DNA of 64,000 nucleotides from NCBI RefSeq assembly GCF_025526975.1, contig NW_026515699.1:186001-250000 (forward strand). Direction: 5' to 3'. Below the pieces are notes generated by a model, which worked only from the letters and a program-made list of their open reading frames with translations, was not told the DNA's origin and ran no database searches. The translations under genes were made by a program, and so were the position numbers. Shown here one piece after another: positions 47,428 through 60,264 of the stretch. Source of the stretch: Fimicolochytrium jonesii (taxonomy: Eukaryota). Every line of letters begins with the position of its first letter. Within the stretch, counting starts at the first letter, position 1.

Positions 47428-47724
47428 CTTACCGTAGGTTGAGTTCGGAACGAGGTGAACGCGGTGAGGGTCAGGGATTCCTTCTCTTGCTCTTTTCCCA
47501 ACTTTCCCACCGCGATTCCCGCAAGGGAGACGGGCAGAGAGGACACTAGACACCCTACAAACAGCATATGTATGTACACGCAAATGTCACATAGAACCTG
47601 TGGTGCTGATGCTGATGCTGATGCTGATGTCTGATGTAGATATAGATAGTTCTTGATTGCTATGTACACCGCCATGGCAGTCTATAATCCGGTCGCTGTC
47701 CCATCTACCTTCTCAACCGCCCAC

Positions 47725-48291
47725 CTACGCCCTCCGACTCTGCAAAAACTCCACCACCTTCTGCAACGCCCTATAGCGATGGCTAATAGTATTCTTAACC
47801 TCCTTCCTCAACTCCGCATAAGTCTCCTCAAACCCATCCGGCTGAAACACCGCATCCCACCCAAAATCCGTCGGCCCCCTCGCCGGCACGATCCTCCCCC
47901 TCGTCCTCCCCTCAAAAATCACCGGCTCCTGCCCAGGCTCACAGTATGCAAATGTGCACACCGCATCCGCTGATTTATCCTCAAACCCCGCCAGCATCCT
48001 GTTCAGCCCGTCGTGGCCTACACCCTCCATGAACCACTTGATGTAGGGCCCGGGCAGGTCGTTGAGGGCTTTGAAGCAGAGGGAGGTGTCTTCGGTGAGC
48101 ACGGGTTTGTTGAGCACCGCGCAGGCATGCCGGGCTTTTTCGCGAGAGACGGTTTGCGTTGTGCCTTGGAGTTCGGGGAGGTCGAGCTTGTGATTGGTGA
48201 CGGCGAGGCCGGTGGGGGAGAGAATCGCTTGCACTTCGCGCAGTTTGTTGGCGTTGCCGGTTACGAAGACTAGGGGTTCTTGGGCGGACAT
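47725..48291 (-). CDS. HAM1: Inosine triphosphate pyrophosphatase
   Basis: [36 protein letters not shown]. Confidence 0.97.
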   Translation of the reverse strand: MSAQEPLVFVTGNANKLREVQAILSPTGLAVTNHKLDLPELQGTTQTVSREKARHACAVLNKPVLTEDTSLCFKALNDLPGPYIKWFMEGVGHDGLNRMLAGFEDKSADAVCTFAYCEPGQEPVIFEGRTRGRIVPARGPTDFGWDAVFQPDGFEETYAELRKEVKNTISHRYRALQKVVEFLQSRRA

Positions 48292-48528
48292 GGTGTTTTG
48301 GCGTCGGTGTGAACTGTGAGCGGGTTTGGTTTGGACGGTGGTTATCTGAGGGGTTGAGAGGGGGCAGGAGTGTAGTTGTCAGGGAGGGCAATTGTGGGTT
48401 GGAAGGATTGGGGGCAGGATTGGGGAGAGCAAACGGTGGGCAAGAGGACAAGTCTGGCAAAAGCTCCGCGTTCTGTAAGTTCTGTGGCTCCCAGACCATC
48501 TCCCCTGCCGTCGTCCCACCCTTTCAAG

Positions 48529-49110
48529 ATGCCACCACCGACCCCCCGCCCCCTCATCGTCCTAACCTCCGGTACACCGCCCTCGCTCGCCCTCACACAC
48601 ACCCTCCGCCGGCATACCCTCCGAACGAAATCCCCGCTGCTACTCGCCATCACGCGCGCCGCAAACCTGAACAGCGTTGTTGTATCCGCGTTTAATGTGA
48701 CTGTAGCGGAGGGAGAAGGTGTTGACGAGGAAGGGGAGGACGGCGAGGGCGAAGGAAGTCTTATGGCGCGACATGTCGGCAATGTGGACAGTATGGTGGA
48801 AGTGCTGCGGGATGTTGATGGTGTCTGGGATCTTGTGGTCGATCTCGATACCACACAATTGGGGACGGATGAAGAAGCGGAGCGTGAGGCTGAAAAGGAG
48901 ATACAATCCCGTCTCATCTCTGGCACCGGGTTCACATCGACAGACGGCAACACGATCGTATTCATCACATCCACGGCCGCGCATCTCGATGAAGAAGCGA
49001 GAAGGGAAGTGGACCCGGCCTGGCGGGGCGTGCGCGTCAAGTGGGTTGATGGCGGGAGCGTGAGGGCGGACGGAGGGGTCGGGGTTGTGTCTTTGTTGAA
49101 CAGTGTGTAG
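48529..49110 (+). CDS. Hypothetical protein
   Basis: Intact ORF with gene-like codon pattern, divergent from ITPA; no family recognised. Confidence 0.55.
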   Translation: MPPPTPRPLIVLTSGTPPSLALTHTLRRHTLRTKSPLLLAITRAANLNSVVVSAFNVTVAEGEGVDEEGEDGEGEGSLMARHVGNVDSMVEVLRDVDGVWDLVVDLDTTQLGTDEEAEREAEKEIQSRLISGTGFTSTDGNTIVFITSTAAHLDEEARREVDPAWRGVRVKWVDGGSVRADGGVGVVSLLNSV

Positions 49111-49354
49111 ATTTGACTATATTATGTGTGTGGAATGCATACGAACGAATAGGGGAGATTTGTATGGAGTGATAGTATATATTGAATAGGTAGAGCTCCT
49201 CTTCCTTCGTTCATGTGTTGAATACGTACGCATATGGATAAAAAGAGGGTGTGTATGATATTTAAAAACAGAGGGAAATCCAAAAACCGCTTGCCATCAG
49301 ATAATTTGCCCGGAAGGAAACAACGATGCCGGGGTCTGTGTTGTGAGGTTGGAT

Positions 49355-50971
49355 TCACAAGCCCAAGTCCCCAGCACCACCTCCGCCTTTCCTCGCAGCC
49401 CTCAACGACGACAACACCGTGCGACCCCTGCCCGCTGTTGTCGGCCTGACCACCCTTCGTAACGCATCCCCACCCATATCCCCCTCCGGTGGTCTCGGCG
49501 TGGCAGATCCGATACCCAGACCGGACTCATTCTCCCCGCCCATCTGCGTGACAGAGATCGATTTCCGTAAACTCGTGCTACCTCGCCCACCATGTGGCGA
49601 CCGGGACCGAGATCTTGACCGTGAACGAGACCGAGATTTTGACACACCTCGCCGATCCATCCGCATTCCCGCAACAGTCTTCTCATATATCGATGTCAGA
49701 CGGGGGGGCGACCCGCTATGCCGAGACGTAGGGCTCGCCGGCGCGTCGTCATGGCGTGTATAGTCGTCATCGATTTCAAGCTCGTCGAGCGGCTCGGCGG
49801 CAAGGTCATCCAGTGTGGATGTGGGCAGGCCGAAGGATTCGGAAGTGGTTGACAAGGACGTGTCGTGGGTTATTGGTGGGTTGGCTGTTGATGGTGGTCG
49901 TGGGGATGGGAAATGGGATGGGTCTGTTGTGTTTGGTGCGTTTGTGACGGGGGATAATGCACCGAATGATGCCGGCGTAGCTTCAAACGAGGCGGATATC
50001 TCTTCCCAACCTTCGTCATCAGACGACCCTGCCTCATTGCCTTCCCGCTCTGCAGCGCCTTCTTTCAAATCGTCGCCCCTGTCCTCATGGTCAAAACTCA
50101 TATCGGAGGCAAGGGAGAGCACGGATGGTGCTGGGAGCGGTGGTGATGGGGGTCTTTGCTGACGGTTGGGATTGGACGTTTGGCTTATGCGCTGCTGCTG
50201 CTGGCTGTCGTCGTCAGATTCGAGATGGAGAGGTTCTACGACTGCTTGGAAAGCCTGCCAGTTCTACATTGAGGAACGGGTTACTTATCGCGCATGGAAC
50301 CACAAATGCCGCATCTGACGGGGAAGACACCGTACCGGCCATTTCGTTGGAATGTGTCGGAGAATGACACGGTCCAATCGGCTGCTAACGCTCATCCAAG
50401 CGTCCAGTATTTGGGTCTCCACCTATTTCACCGTGTGTATTCAGTTTATGGCACAAGAACAATACGGCTCGCGACATCAACTTACATATGTAATCCGTTT
50501 CTGCTGCCCGGAGAGTATGGGATGAATGTACCACTTAAATATCGGGGTAGTTGCTTTGGTGCGCCAGTAGCAGAGCGAGAGGATGAAGGCGAGTTTTATG
50601 TGGTCGTAGAAAGGGGCCCTTAGGGCGTGGACAATCGGCGTGAGATGGCTTACGACGTCATGCATGCAATGTCTGCGCGGACGTACCAGAACACCACCCT
50701 ATCCGCCAGATACTCCACTCCCTAGCATCATGAGTTCAGAACTGGCTTCAGTTTGCGTTCCATAATAAGGAGGCGCTTCCTTAATGACCACGACATGTCC
50801 TCGGCATCGGACCCATTCCGTCACAAACGCACGCACCTCCAGCGCAATCAACACAATCCAAAAGCAAGCCCAACGCTGCTTCTTCCCTAGAGAGGCCTTG
50901 CCGTTCAGGGCCTTGAAGGTAGAGTAGCCTCCCAGCGCGTAGCAGGCTGCTTTGGCTAGCGACGTGAGCAT
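49355..50971 (-). CDS. TB2/DP1/HVA22 (REEP/Yop1) family protein with long disordered C-terminus (multi-exon)
   Basis: YSTFKAL..QRWACFWIVL, PFYDHIKLAFILSL, IFKWYIHPIL; S/R-rich tail. Confidence 0.7.
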
Positions 50972-51398
50972 TGCTACGACCGTCCAGTTTTCAATGCGCG
51001 TCGTTGCTTTTGCTGTGATGACCACCACCTCCTTGCGGAGCTGATGTGGCCGACGAACAACTCTGCTGTTCTCAAGATGATCAAGACGTTGGAGGGACGC
51101 ACGGAGAGTAAGGTGCAGGATGTCCAGGGATGGGTGAGTGACGTTCAAATTGAGCGGGGCAAGACATGCCATTTGCGTTTCAGTAGCCTCACATCCCTCC
51201 CACACCTTCCTAAAACTTTGGCCTCCACCCCGGCCACCACCCCCTAACGTCGTCGTGCGAAGAGTACATACACGCAAAACCCCTCCGAAGCCAGGGAAAA
51301 AGATTCCTTAACGCAGGCGTACAGGCTGGAGGACGCATTTGCAGAAAGTTCCTGTGCGATTTCCTGCACGATCGCGTGCCAACGCCCACGCCTGACCA

Positions 51399-52802
51399 AT
51401 GCACCAAAACGAAGCTCAGGTACAGCAGGAGCCCATTGTGGTTTTCTCAGAAGATGAAGACGGCGAATGGGAGTCCGCAGACGACGAAGTCGCTTCCGAC
51501 CGTGCCGACGTCCCCACAATACGATCTCGCCACCAGTCGCCGATACTTTCGGTTTCCCAGTCGAGACACGTCAAGAGGAGGGTGAGGCGGAAAGAAAACA
51601 GGCAGCTGCGGGCGGTGGGCATATTGGCGAGACCTCTGATCGATGAGCCACCGGCAGGTGGAGTACAGTTACCACCCGCGCGTAACGTGCAGGCTCCCCA
51701 AGCCGCACGGAATCCGGACGCTATGGACATAGTGGAGAACTCGACGGTGGAATCTGCCGGCTTTGGAAGCCTCCCCACAATCGATACTTCGCACGATCCG
51801 TCCCTATTGACGGCGCCACCAACCTCGAACCCACTCTTACGATACAACGGAGCGGTAACTGTCACGGTATCATCCGCCGTAACAAGGGACGAGGTGATAA
51901 TCATCGATGAAACGACGCCGATATCAGAAAGCCGGGCATTGACGACTCGCATCAGTGACACCCGAGCAGTAGTGAATACGCAGCAAAGGAAGCTCAACGA
52001 ACCAGCAACGGCCATGGTATCATCTGCAGTGGAAAGTCAATCGATGATGATCATCGATGGCGCGAAACCTGCACCAAATAGCCTGGCGAACAAGAAATCA
52101 ACAAAAAAGAAGGTGAAAGCTTCCGTAATTTCCAGGAGAATGGCGAAACTAGCGAAATTGAAAGTGAGGTTCAAGGACAACACCGCCCAGAGGCAGTTCG
52201 AATACGGAAGCCGCCAGGAGGCAGACGAGAATGGGGTCGTCAACAAGCTCGAAAAGCCAATCGTGTGCTATTCAGACGGCGGCTACCGAAAAATCCGCTG
52301 GCCCGTCCCAGGCTATCGCAACACCATCCTTCACCTCGCAGGGGCAGGAGTGTTCTTTCCGAACCAGGAGCGAAACCACGTCTCACAAGTCGTGAAAGGT
52401 GTGAGCTCCGCGGATGCTGAGTTCTCGGCGACACTGATCGCTTTGCAAAAGATTGGCCCCGGGATCGATGCGGAGGTTCGCACTGATAGCCAAGCCGTCA
52501 TCAATGCCGTCAATTCGATTCACGCCGAAGGGTCAGCCAAAGTCTTCTTGGAACTCTCCAGCGCAGAACGAGAGGCGAGGCGTCTCGGGAAGCAAGAACC
52601 GGCTCTTACGCTGTACAAAGTCATCAGAGACCGGAAGGCTGCGACGAGACTCACGTGGGTAAAGGGGCATGCGCAGATGAAGGGAAACACCGAAGCGGAC
52701 GAGTTGGCGACGGCGGCTATGGTCAGCTTTATGGAATATATTCTGGAGGATCCAAATAGAATATGTTATGCGGACGACATTTTGTGCGAGCCGATGGTTT
52801 AA
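51399..52802 (+). CDS. Intronless protein with C-terminal RNase HI domain
   Basis: CYSDG, AGAGVFF, SADAEF, VRTDSQAVI and WVKGHA..GNTEADELA give a complete D-E-D-D active site. Confidence 0.88.
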   Translation: MHQNEAQVQQEPIVVFSEDEDGEWESADDEVASDRADVPTIRSRHQSPILSVSQSRHVKRRVRRKENRQLRAVGILARPLIDEPPAGGVQLPPARNVQAPQAARNPDAMDIVENSTVESAGFGSLPTIDTSHDPSLLTAPPTSNPLLRYNGAVTVTVSSAVTRDEVIIIDETTPISESRALTTRISDTRAVVNTQQRKLNEPATAMVSSAVESQSMMIIDGAKPAPNSLANKKSTKKKVKASVISRRMAKLAKLKVRFKDNTAQRQFEYGSRQEADENGVVNKLEKPIVCYSDGGYRKIRWPVPGYRNTILHLAGAGVFFPNQERNHVSQVVKGVSSADAEFSATLIALQKIGPGIDAEVRTDSQAVINAVNSIHAEGSAKVFLELSSAEREARRLGKQEPALTLYKVIRDRKAATRLTWVKGHAQMKGNTEADELATAAMVSFMEYILEDPNRICYADDILCEPMV

Positions 52803-53406
52803 GTGGGTGCGAAGGAGAACTGGAGAGATCGACGTGAGTGGACGCTCACACCAACGAATTTTCGCTACGCAGGAAGAGAAGCTGGAGAGCGACGTTTGTG
52901 CTATGGATTTTTGTTTGCGAACATTTTTGTGTGTATAAATGATTGCCCGCTCTATTGTAAATAATACGTCAAACACAGCACATTGTAGAGTTGGTCATGG
53001 CTACGTTCGGGATTTGCTTCCATGAGAATAAGTTGGAACTCATGGATATTGCCACACACTATTAGTGCAGTAGCCACTCCATTGCCCTTCCTACGGTTTG
53101 TAAGAATGACAGCATGATTTGGAGTTTGAGGTGGTGTTTTGCGGTTTGGCTGGCGGGCACCCAATGTGGCTCCCGGTTCGCAAGCAAACTGTGGGAAGCA
53201 CGAATGGCATCTCAACATTGATCAATGAAACATTGCGTCGATGATTTTTGAATTGTTTACTTTACGTTACTCATGACTTATATGACAAAAACTAACATCG
53301 AGAAAAAGAACCAACAACAGAAGCGCTTCCAATACATGACGCTTACGTCCATTCCTGTCCTAGTGTCCTGCTTAAGAGTGGCATCATGCATGCGACTTTG
53401 GGAGAA

Positions 53407-55046
53407 TCACACGCGGATCTCCTCCGCCCCGAATGATAACCTCACAACTTCTCGAGCGCGACTGTAGTCGATAACCGACCGGTCGATTCCCGCCGAAGGC
53501 ATACGCGAGCGAGCAGACCCAGCGCTTGTAACCGGCAAAGCGTCCTTGGTCTGCCTCTGGGCACCGACGCCCACCAATGGAGGGATGGATGTGCGCCGGG
53601 GAAGACCAGCAGCGGCGGTCTCCGTCAAAGCGTCCTTTGTCTGCCTCTGGGTACCGACGCCCACCATTGGAGGGATGGATGTGCGCCGGGGAAGACCAGC
53701 AGCGGCGGTCTCCGTCACGCTGTCGATGTGGACCACGGTGTGGGCCAGGGCCGAACGAGGGTGGGTATGTACCAACGGTGACGCAGATGTGGGTAGTGAG
53801 TCGTTCCGGGTGGAGCGGGGGGAGGTCTGCTCCGGGATGTCCGGGATGTCTATTATGGCCGGAGCCTCGTCGCGGGCCGAGCGGCGGATGAGCTCCGCTT
53901 CGCTCATCCCTTGTACGGTCGCGGCCGAGTTTCCCAAAAGCCCGGCTTCGCGAACTTGCGCTTTTGTGGCCGGTGCGGACAAGTAGATCATCTTGTAAAG
54001 CACGCCGACGACGACAGCGGCCGAGAGCTGGGCGAGCCAGTACAGGTGTTGCTCGCGCCAGGCGAACGCGACATCGGAGTAGGCGGAGGCAACGACAGCA
54101 GGGCCGAAAGTTCGAGCCGGGTTCAACGAAGCGCCAGTGAAATTCGCGGCGAGGAAGTTTGCAATGACCAGCGTCATCCCAATGGGAATCGGGGCCAGGA
54201 CGACGTGACCTTGGATGGACCCGTGGACTGCCGTCGCGAAGACGACAAGCATCAACACCGATGTGAGGATGAATTCGAATAGGTAGACGTTGCCGCCGTC
54301 GAAGTTTGTAGGAGTGGTAATGCCGAGATGATCTGCGTCTGGAATGAGAGAAGGGAACAAGGGAAAGGAGTATGAGCCGAAGAATTACAATGAACCCACA
54401 GGATGACGTAAAGACGATCAAACGAACGACTTACGGGCGGTTCCCATAGTGGCTAGGTAAAGGCCGGCTCCAGCCACGGCGCCGAGCATCTGGGCGATGA
54501 TGTAGAGTAGGGCGGTGATTGGGGAGACCGCTCGAGCAACCAGCAAAGCGAGAGTCACCGCCGGGTTGAGATGCCTACCGAAGGAAAGGGCCAATGGATT
54601 TCAGGATGAGAATCATTCATAGCATAAAAGATGCTGCCCAAGAAGAATAACTTCAACTAACCCGCCGGATATATTGGCTGAAACGGAAACAAAGACCGCA
54701 AGGGCAAGGCCTTGAGTTAATCCAATGAAGAGTAGCGAGGCAACGGGGTCTGCTTTGAGGCCTGAGGGCACGGCAACGGAACCTAGTCAAAGGCGAAGAG
54801 CGGAACACAATGCACAAATTAACGACAAACGACATGCCGAACAAGGCAGAAGCCTTCGAGATGTGACGCAACGAAGCAAGCACAATTTGAGGGAGTCGAG
54901 TGATACTCACCGGCGACAAAGAAGACGAACAGCATCGTGCCAATGAATTCAGCCACGAGTGCCCTCCACTTCCGGGCACGGGGGACGTTGGTGGCTCCCG
55001 GCATAGGCTCGAGGAGAGTGGAGATGGATTTGGCAAATTTGGTCAT
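53407..55046 (-). CDS. Aquaporin (MIP family), multi-exon
   Basis: [40 protein letters not shown] (two NPA boxes). Confidence 0.93.
53536..53717. repeat. 90-bp in-frame tandem duplication in the aquaporin C-tail
   Basis: [16 protein letters not shown](M/L)VGVG(T/A)QRQTKDAL x2. Confidence 0.95.
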
Positions 55047-58000
55047 GATGTTGTGCAGCGAAAGGAGGGATTTCGAGACAAAAAGAGTGAAGGCAGTGAA
55101 AGAATTTGATATGAAGTCGTATTGCTTTCGGGTCTGGTGATAATGTGAAAGTCAATACGTGAGTGACTGAGGAAAACGAGAGAGGGAAATGGGGATGTCC
55201 TGGCTTTTATAAACGTTGGGGCGGAGTCTCTCAGAAATATTGGCTTCTTTTTCGCACGGGCAAGTCTCAAATAAAGTATTAACAGCGTCCGGGGAATTAT
55301 TGCTGCTACGCATGGAGTCGCAGGGGAGCGGGATTGAAAATGACAGGACGCACGCTGTCGATTTCCCAGACACCCATTCACGGCGCTGCGCCTCCTGCCA
55401 CTACTTCCCCAGGGCTTGCATAACATTCCAGAAAAAGGAGAATATGCAACCTCTTACCTCCCACAGTTATCGACGCCCACTGATGAAGATGCTGTCGATC
55501 TCGATATTGATGCAAGTCCTTTCCTTCCTCCGACTAGTAATAATGCGATGTGGCTTTCAAAAAAGTGTCGATGTTGTACAAGCAGACTGTCTCGAGTGAC
55601 TTAGAAGAGTTTTCTTCGTCGTTGCCCGCTGGGACGCGTCAACTCCTGCCGTGGTAGTTGTATAGCTCGACTTTGGCCCTGGGGCTTCTTTATATCGCAG
55701 TGCCAGGACAACAATGATGGCATCATTTTTCACAGTGGCGAGGAAAGGCTGGGACAATTGTTTACGCCTCTTCAGATTGAGATGAACTTTGGTTAAGCTT
55801 GTCGTCGGAACTTCTAAAGCCATGCTGCCATTACAAACAATCCTGTCAATGTCTGAATGTCGAGGCCTGGGGAGGACCCTGGACATGTGCGCACACGATA
55901 CTTCCCGCCAACCCTCCCTGCAATGTACGCTCGCCCGCCAACCCCTAGAAGCAACCGTGGATTGAACAGAGGGGTGGACAAGATACCCATAGCGCAGGAA
56001 ACGAGATGACGTACGCCTTTTACCCGCTAGGGCATTGCCTGGCGAAGACTCAGCACAGATAAACAGTCATCTGCCATGTAGAATACGTCCCAAAAGCCAA
56101 AGAAAGATGTCGGATATCAGATTATACGTATTGCGCGGCCAAGAACTATCACAACGCATGGCGCCTCTACTGTATGGCAGTGTATGCATGATACCTCCTT
56201 CGAAGACTTTTTCACGATGACTTCATTGTTAATACTTGTGCCAAATGCCTCGATTCTCCGATCTTCCCCGGCATGCGTATGCGTATTCAGCAGCCACAGG
56301 CCACAAAGCGTCTGACCATTTTTGGTGTGCATGTAATATTCTCGGGTGTCACAAACGCTAGGCTCGAGCTTCAAGTCACATATGTCAGAAGATCGACAGC
56401 GATGTAACATTAGGGGGGTCGTCCTGCGCGGGATGGGACGGGATCTGCTGGTCCCGCGTCTCGTCCCGCAGGACAGTAACATATAAGATCAACATCGGTA
56501 CAACAGGCCACAGTCTACAACTTGAATTCTGGTTTGATATTCAAAGGGACGGCAATCTCTTGATGAGTCTCGACAGACTTCTCTTCGCTTGCATGATTTT
56601 GGCCATCGCCCAAAGCAACTTACACATGATAATCACCGCCACTGAGCCCTTCTCGGTTTTGACCAGTGTTTGGACAAATTTTTTCAACTACTGTAAAGAC
56701 GTTGCGGTAATTGGGTTGGATGACGGGATTGCTTCCTCAGAGAAATATTTGCGGACTGAGACAACAATGCTAGCGATGTCCAATGATTTGAAATGTATGA
56801 GCATCGCAAGACCAGAAATCGAGGGTCATCAAGACACATATACAGGCGCTTCTAAGGGCAAGATGATAGTCGTCGCCGGCGTCCACGACGTTGCCTCGTC
56901 GTTTGCACGGACCGTGAAAATCGTAGGAGACTCAAATCACCATCAATGAAACGTCCCGTAACAACCAAAGTGCACCTGAGACAGCCTCCGAAACAGATGA
57001 CCATCGGGGGTTTGAATTTCCTTGCCTGGTTCATGGTGCGTGTTTGTCACTTTTTGCAGTCGTATACTGAGCGTCCGTGGCAAGGTCGGGAAGGACATCG
57101 GCTTGAGGAACCCGCGCCCACGAAGTTAGTCCTCGAAGCCGACGTTCGACCGAATACTAATTGCACGTTGTTAAAAACACCGCAGAGCGGGAAGGTGGGC
57201 GGCAGAGGCCGGCACGGGAAGCTGAGAATCCTGTGACACTCTCTTGCTGGCACTTCGTAACATTGACGTTGCTGGCAGCGGACCAGTCTTGATACTCCGC
57301 GGCGCAAACGACGGCGGACAATTTCCCATGGTCGAAGTGGTTGAAAATGTCGAAATGGTCTAATCGTGGTGATTCGTAGGAAAAGCGTGCGTTCGATGTA
57401 TGTAGAAGCGTTGATTTGCAGAATGGGTTGTATCCGAAAGCGGCCTCAGCTGAGATGATACATGTTGTAGAAATTGTGATGGAAAGCGAAAGGACGGCGG
57501 CTCTCTCTGTATCGCTTCACGCCGTACGTATAGAAGTGGGGGCATACGTGGAAGCTTCTTCTCAGCGTCGAGCTCGAGTTTCGTACGGAGTAGCGCCAAG
57601 AGACAGGCAAAAAGGGTCTAAACGAGAAGAGGCCGTTTCCTCAGGCTGACATGTGCACCTGGTCGGCGAATCAGAACGCCCCAACTTCCACAAACACCCG
57701 ACGCCCACGAACGCCACGACGTGCACAACGTGGTTATCACCCCGCCAAAGGACAAAACTTCTCATTGCTCACCGATATTGACGCATTGTTATAACACCAC
57801 AATGACTGCGGAGCGAATACATTTCAGACTTTTTATCGGATCAGCATTCCTGGTCCAGGAGGTCCATCCAGCGAGACCGGATCTGGCGATCGATAGTTCT
57901 TCCCGTTGCGTTTGTTCCGGGATGCTGATGAATATTGTCCCTCGATCCTTGCACTGTGGCCGCCGAGTTCCCGGCCAACTCAGCGTCGCGAACTTAAGCC

Positions 58001-58541
58001 TTTGTTGAGCGCCGACAAAGTAGACCGACTCGTACGTCGCCATTCACGCGTTCCTCAGCCAGAGGAGACCAAGCACCCAAGGCATGCATGGCGTCCCGGT
58101 GTCGACCCTGATGGCGTACTGCAGGCGAGGGGGAGCAGCGCACGGGAGAGAATCCAGCGGTACTTGTGCCCGTCGGAAAAGTTATATACAGTATCTTGTC
58201 GGTCGCTGGGTACTTCGGTACGGGTTTGTCACACAGTTGCCGCTTCGTCGATAATCAAGCGTCGCGAACTTGAGTTGGCTGTCCAGAAGGTCCATATAAT
58301 GCCGGGGCCGTCGAACTCAGATTACAATGTATGGAAACTGTATGTATGCAACCAGTGTTTCTTGGGTGATGTGAAGCGAGGGAAGAGTATTGGAGAGATA
58401 ACGCCTCGGTGACGGCTTGTATTCCTTCAGAATAGGAAAAACTCCGACCCAAGCCACACTTACGTGATGAAATTAAACCCACGGTGACGGCGAAAGCTGC
58501 AAATTCCAGCATCCTCACCATTTCGGCATAGGCACCTGAAC

Positions 58542-59606
58542 ATGAATCTGCGGAAAAGACGAAACGTCCGGGCACTACCACCAGGAGCCAGCGGTACACC
58601 CGTTCGTTCGCTTCCTCTCCGTATAACTCTACGCATATTCAACATAACGGGAAAGAAGAACAGAACTTTGTCGTGCTGTCACGGTGCTGAGCTGTCGCGT
58701 TTATTATTCAACGCTCAACTTACTCCTCTCCGCGCGTATCCACATCGAGGACCAACAGCAGTTAGATAAGCTCTTCAAAGCACTAGATGCGAACTCTGAA
58801 CGCTTTCGGTGGGTCAAAGACTTCGAGTTAGGCAACTCCTCTGTTCTGCAGGACACAAAAGGATGCGCTCGCTGGAACGCTCTAGCCTGCGGAAAACTAC
58901 AAACACTTCTCACGATTGCCCACCCGCCAAGAGCGGTATTCACCTTCTATGGCAAGTAGCCTGGCGATCCGAATTCAGGATCACTCAAACAATTACGCCT
59001 TTTGCTGGGAAAACAATATTTTGATCTTCATAACCAAGTTGATCGACGAAAGACATGAGTTCCACCCTACGGAAGTCGCCGCGCCTGCTCAATCTCGGAT
59101 GGATCTACGCACCCGAGGCGGTACGCTTCAAGAGCTGTGGAGGTTATTTCAGGCGGCTATCTATATTTTCTCGAGTGACAGGGACGTCTGTGCATAATTC
59201 CGTGCTCTTCCCAGACTGGAGCTGCTTTCCGAACGTCACTCAAGTTCCGGAAGGATGGACCAGGGCACTCACCAGATTCACAACTTCTGGAGCAGATCAT
59301 CGTGCTTGAGTGGAATCCTTGGCCTGGACCCTGAAGCTGCCAAGGTGGACTACCAGAAAGGCCGGCCGAGTCATCACTTATCTTCCGCCAGCTCCGGAAA
59401 ACACCAATGTCAATTCGGTGAAACAGAACTGGCCTAGTGAGCTCTCTGCATACAATGGAGGAGGCGTTCTAGAGCTCGGCTTCTGCAAGGATTCCGTACT
59501 GGACGCAAATCTATTAAGCACTTGTGCTGGAAAGGTCGCCGCATTCCAATCTAGCTCGCTCGCCGGACGAAGACACCCTCTAGTCGACCGTTTCTTTGTG
59601 CGTTAG
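58542..59606 (+). pseudogene. F-box protein pseudogene
   Basis: RSLPLRITLRIF F-box-like start, frameshift into RIHIEDQQQLDKLFKALDAN..RWVKDFEL, further stops and frameshifts downstream. Confidence 0.5.
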
Positions 59607-60264
59607 TGGATGGAAGAAGTGCTTCTTCATGACGGCGTAGTGTAGAGCCTGTTGTTTTTTTTGTACAGCCTGGTACATAATCGCCGTGAGCGACTTCTGA
59701 AGTTTAGTCTGAATGGCACATAAATAATTTCGATATGCTCACGCGTATTCATTTGTTACTGTAAGTGCTAAATGAGTGACGGGTTCCCGTGACGGTTTTG
59801 GATGGCTGATGAACGCGTCGCGTCTGTTAACCTTGTGACCAACGATCGTCCTCTTGGCCAGCCAACCTTAGTCCACATGGAACATTGTGAACAGAGCGAC
59901 TTCTTAATCGCCTTCTAATCACTTTTGCTAAACAATGAGCGGATCGATGTCGCTTTGGAACTCTCCGTCAATTCTCCGTTCTCCGTTCTCCCGCAAAAAG
60001 GCTTTAGGAGGAGCGCTTCTTGTCGCTCTCATTCCCACTTTCTAGACAGCACGTACATAGACGACAGCGCCTCTACAAGTCGGTCTCGCTGCTGAGGGTC
60101 ATTGCTTGTTTGGTTGGGTCTGTCACATACCCGCTCTCCGTCAACTTCGTCGCCATTGATCTCTCCCGACATCGAGCCCGACTCGTTTCCTCGTCAGCAA
60201 TTCAGTCCATCTGCAGAGTTCACAACAACCACTTAGAGCACTGAAAACGAATACACATCCCATC

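Noticed and set aside
55500..58500. Assorted short ORFs between the aquaporin and the F-box relic
   Set aside because: No recognisable motifs or consistent exon structure, so no call can be supported
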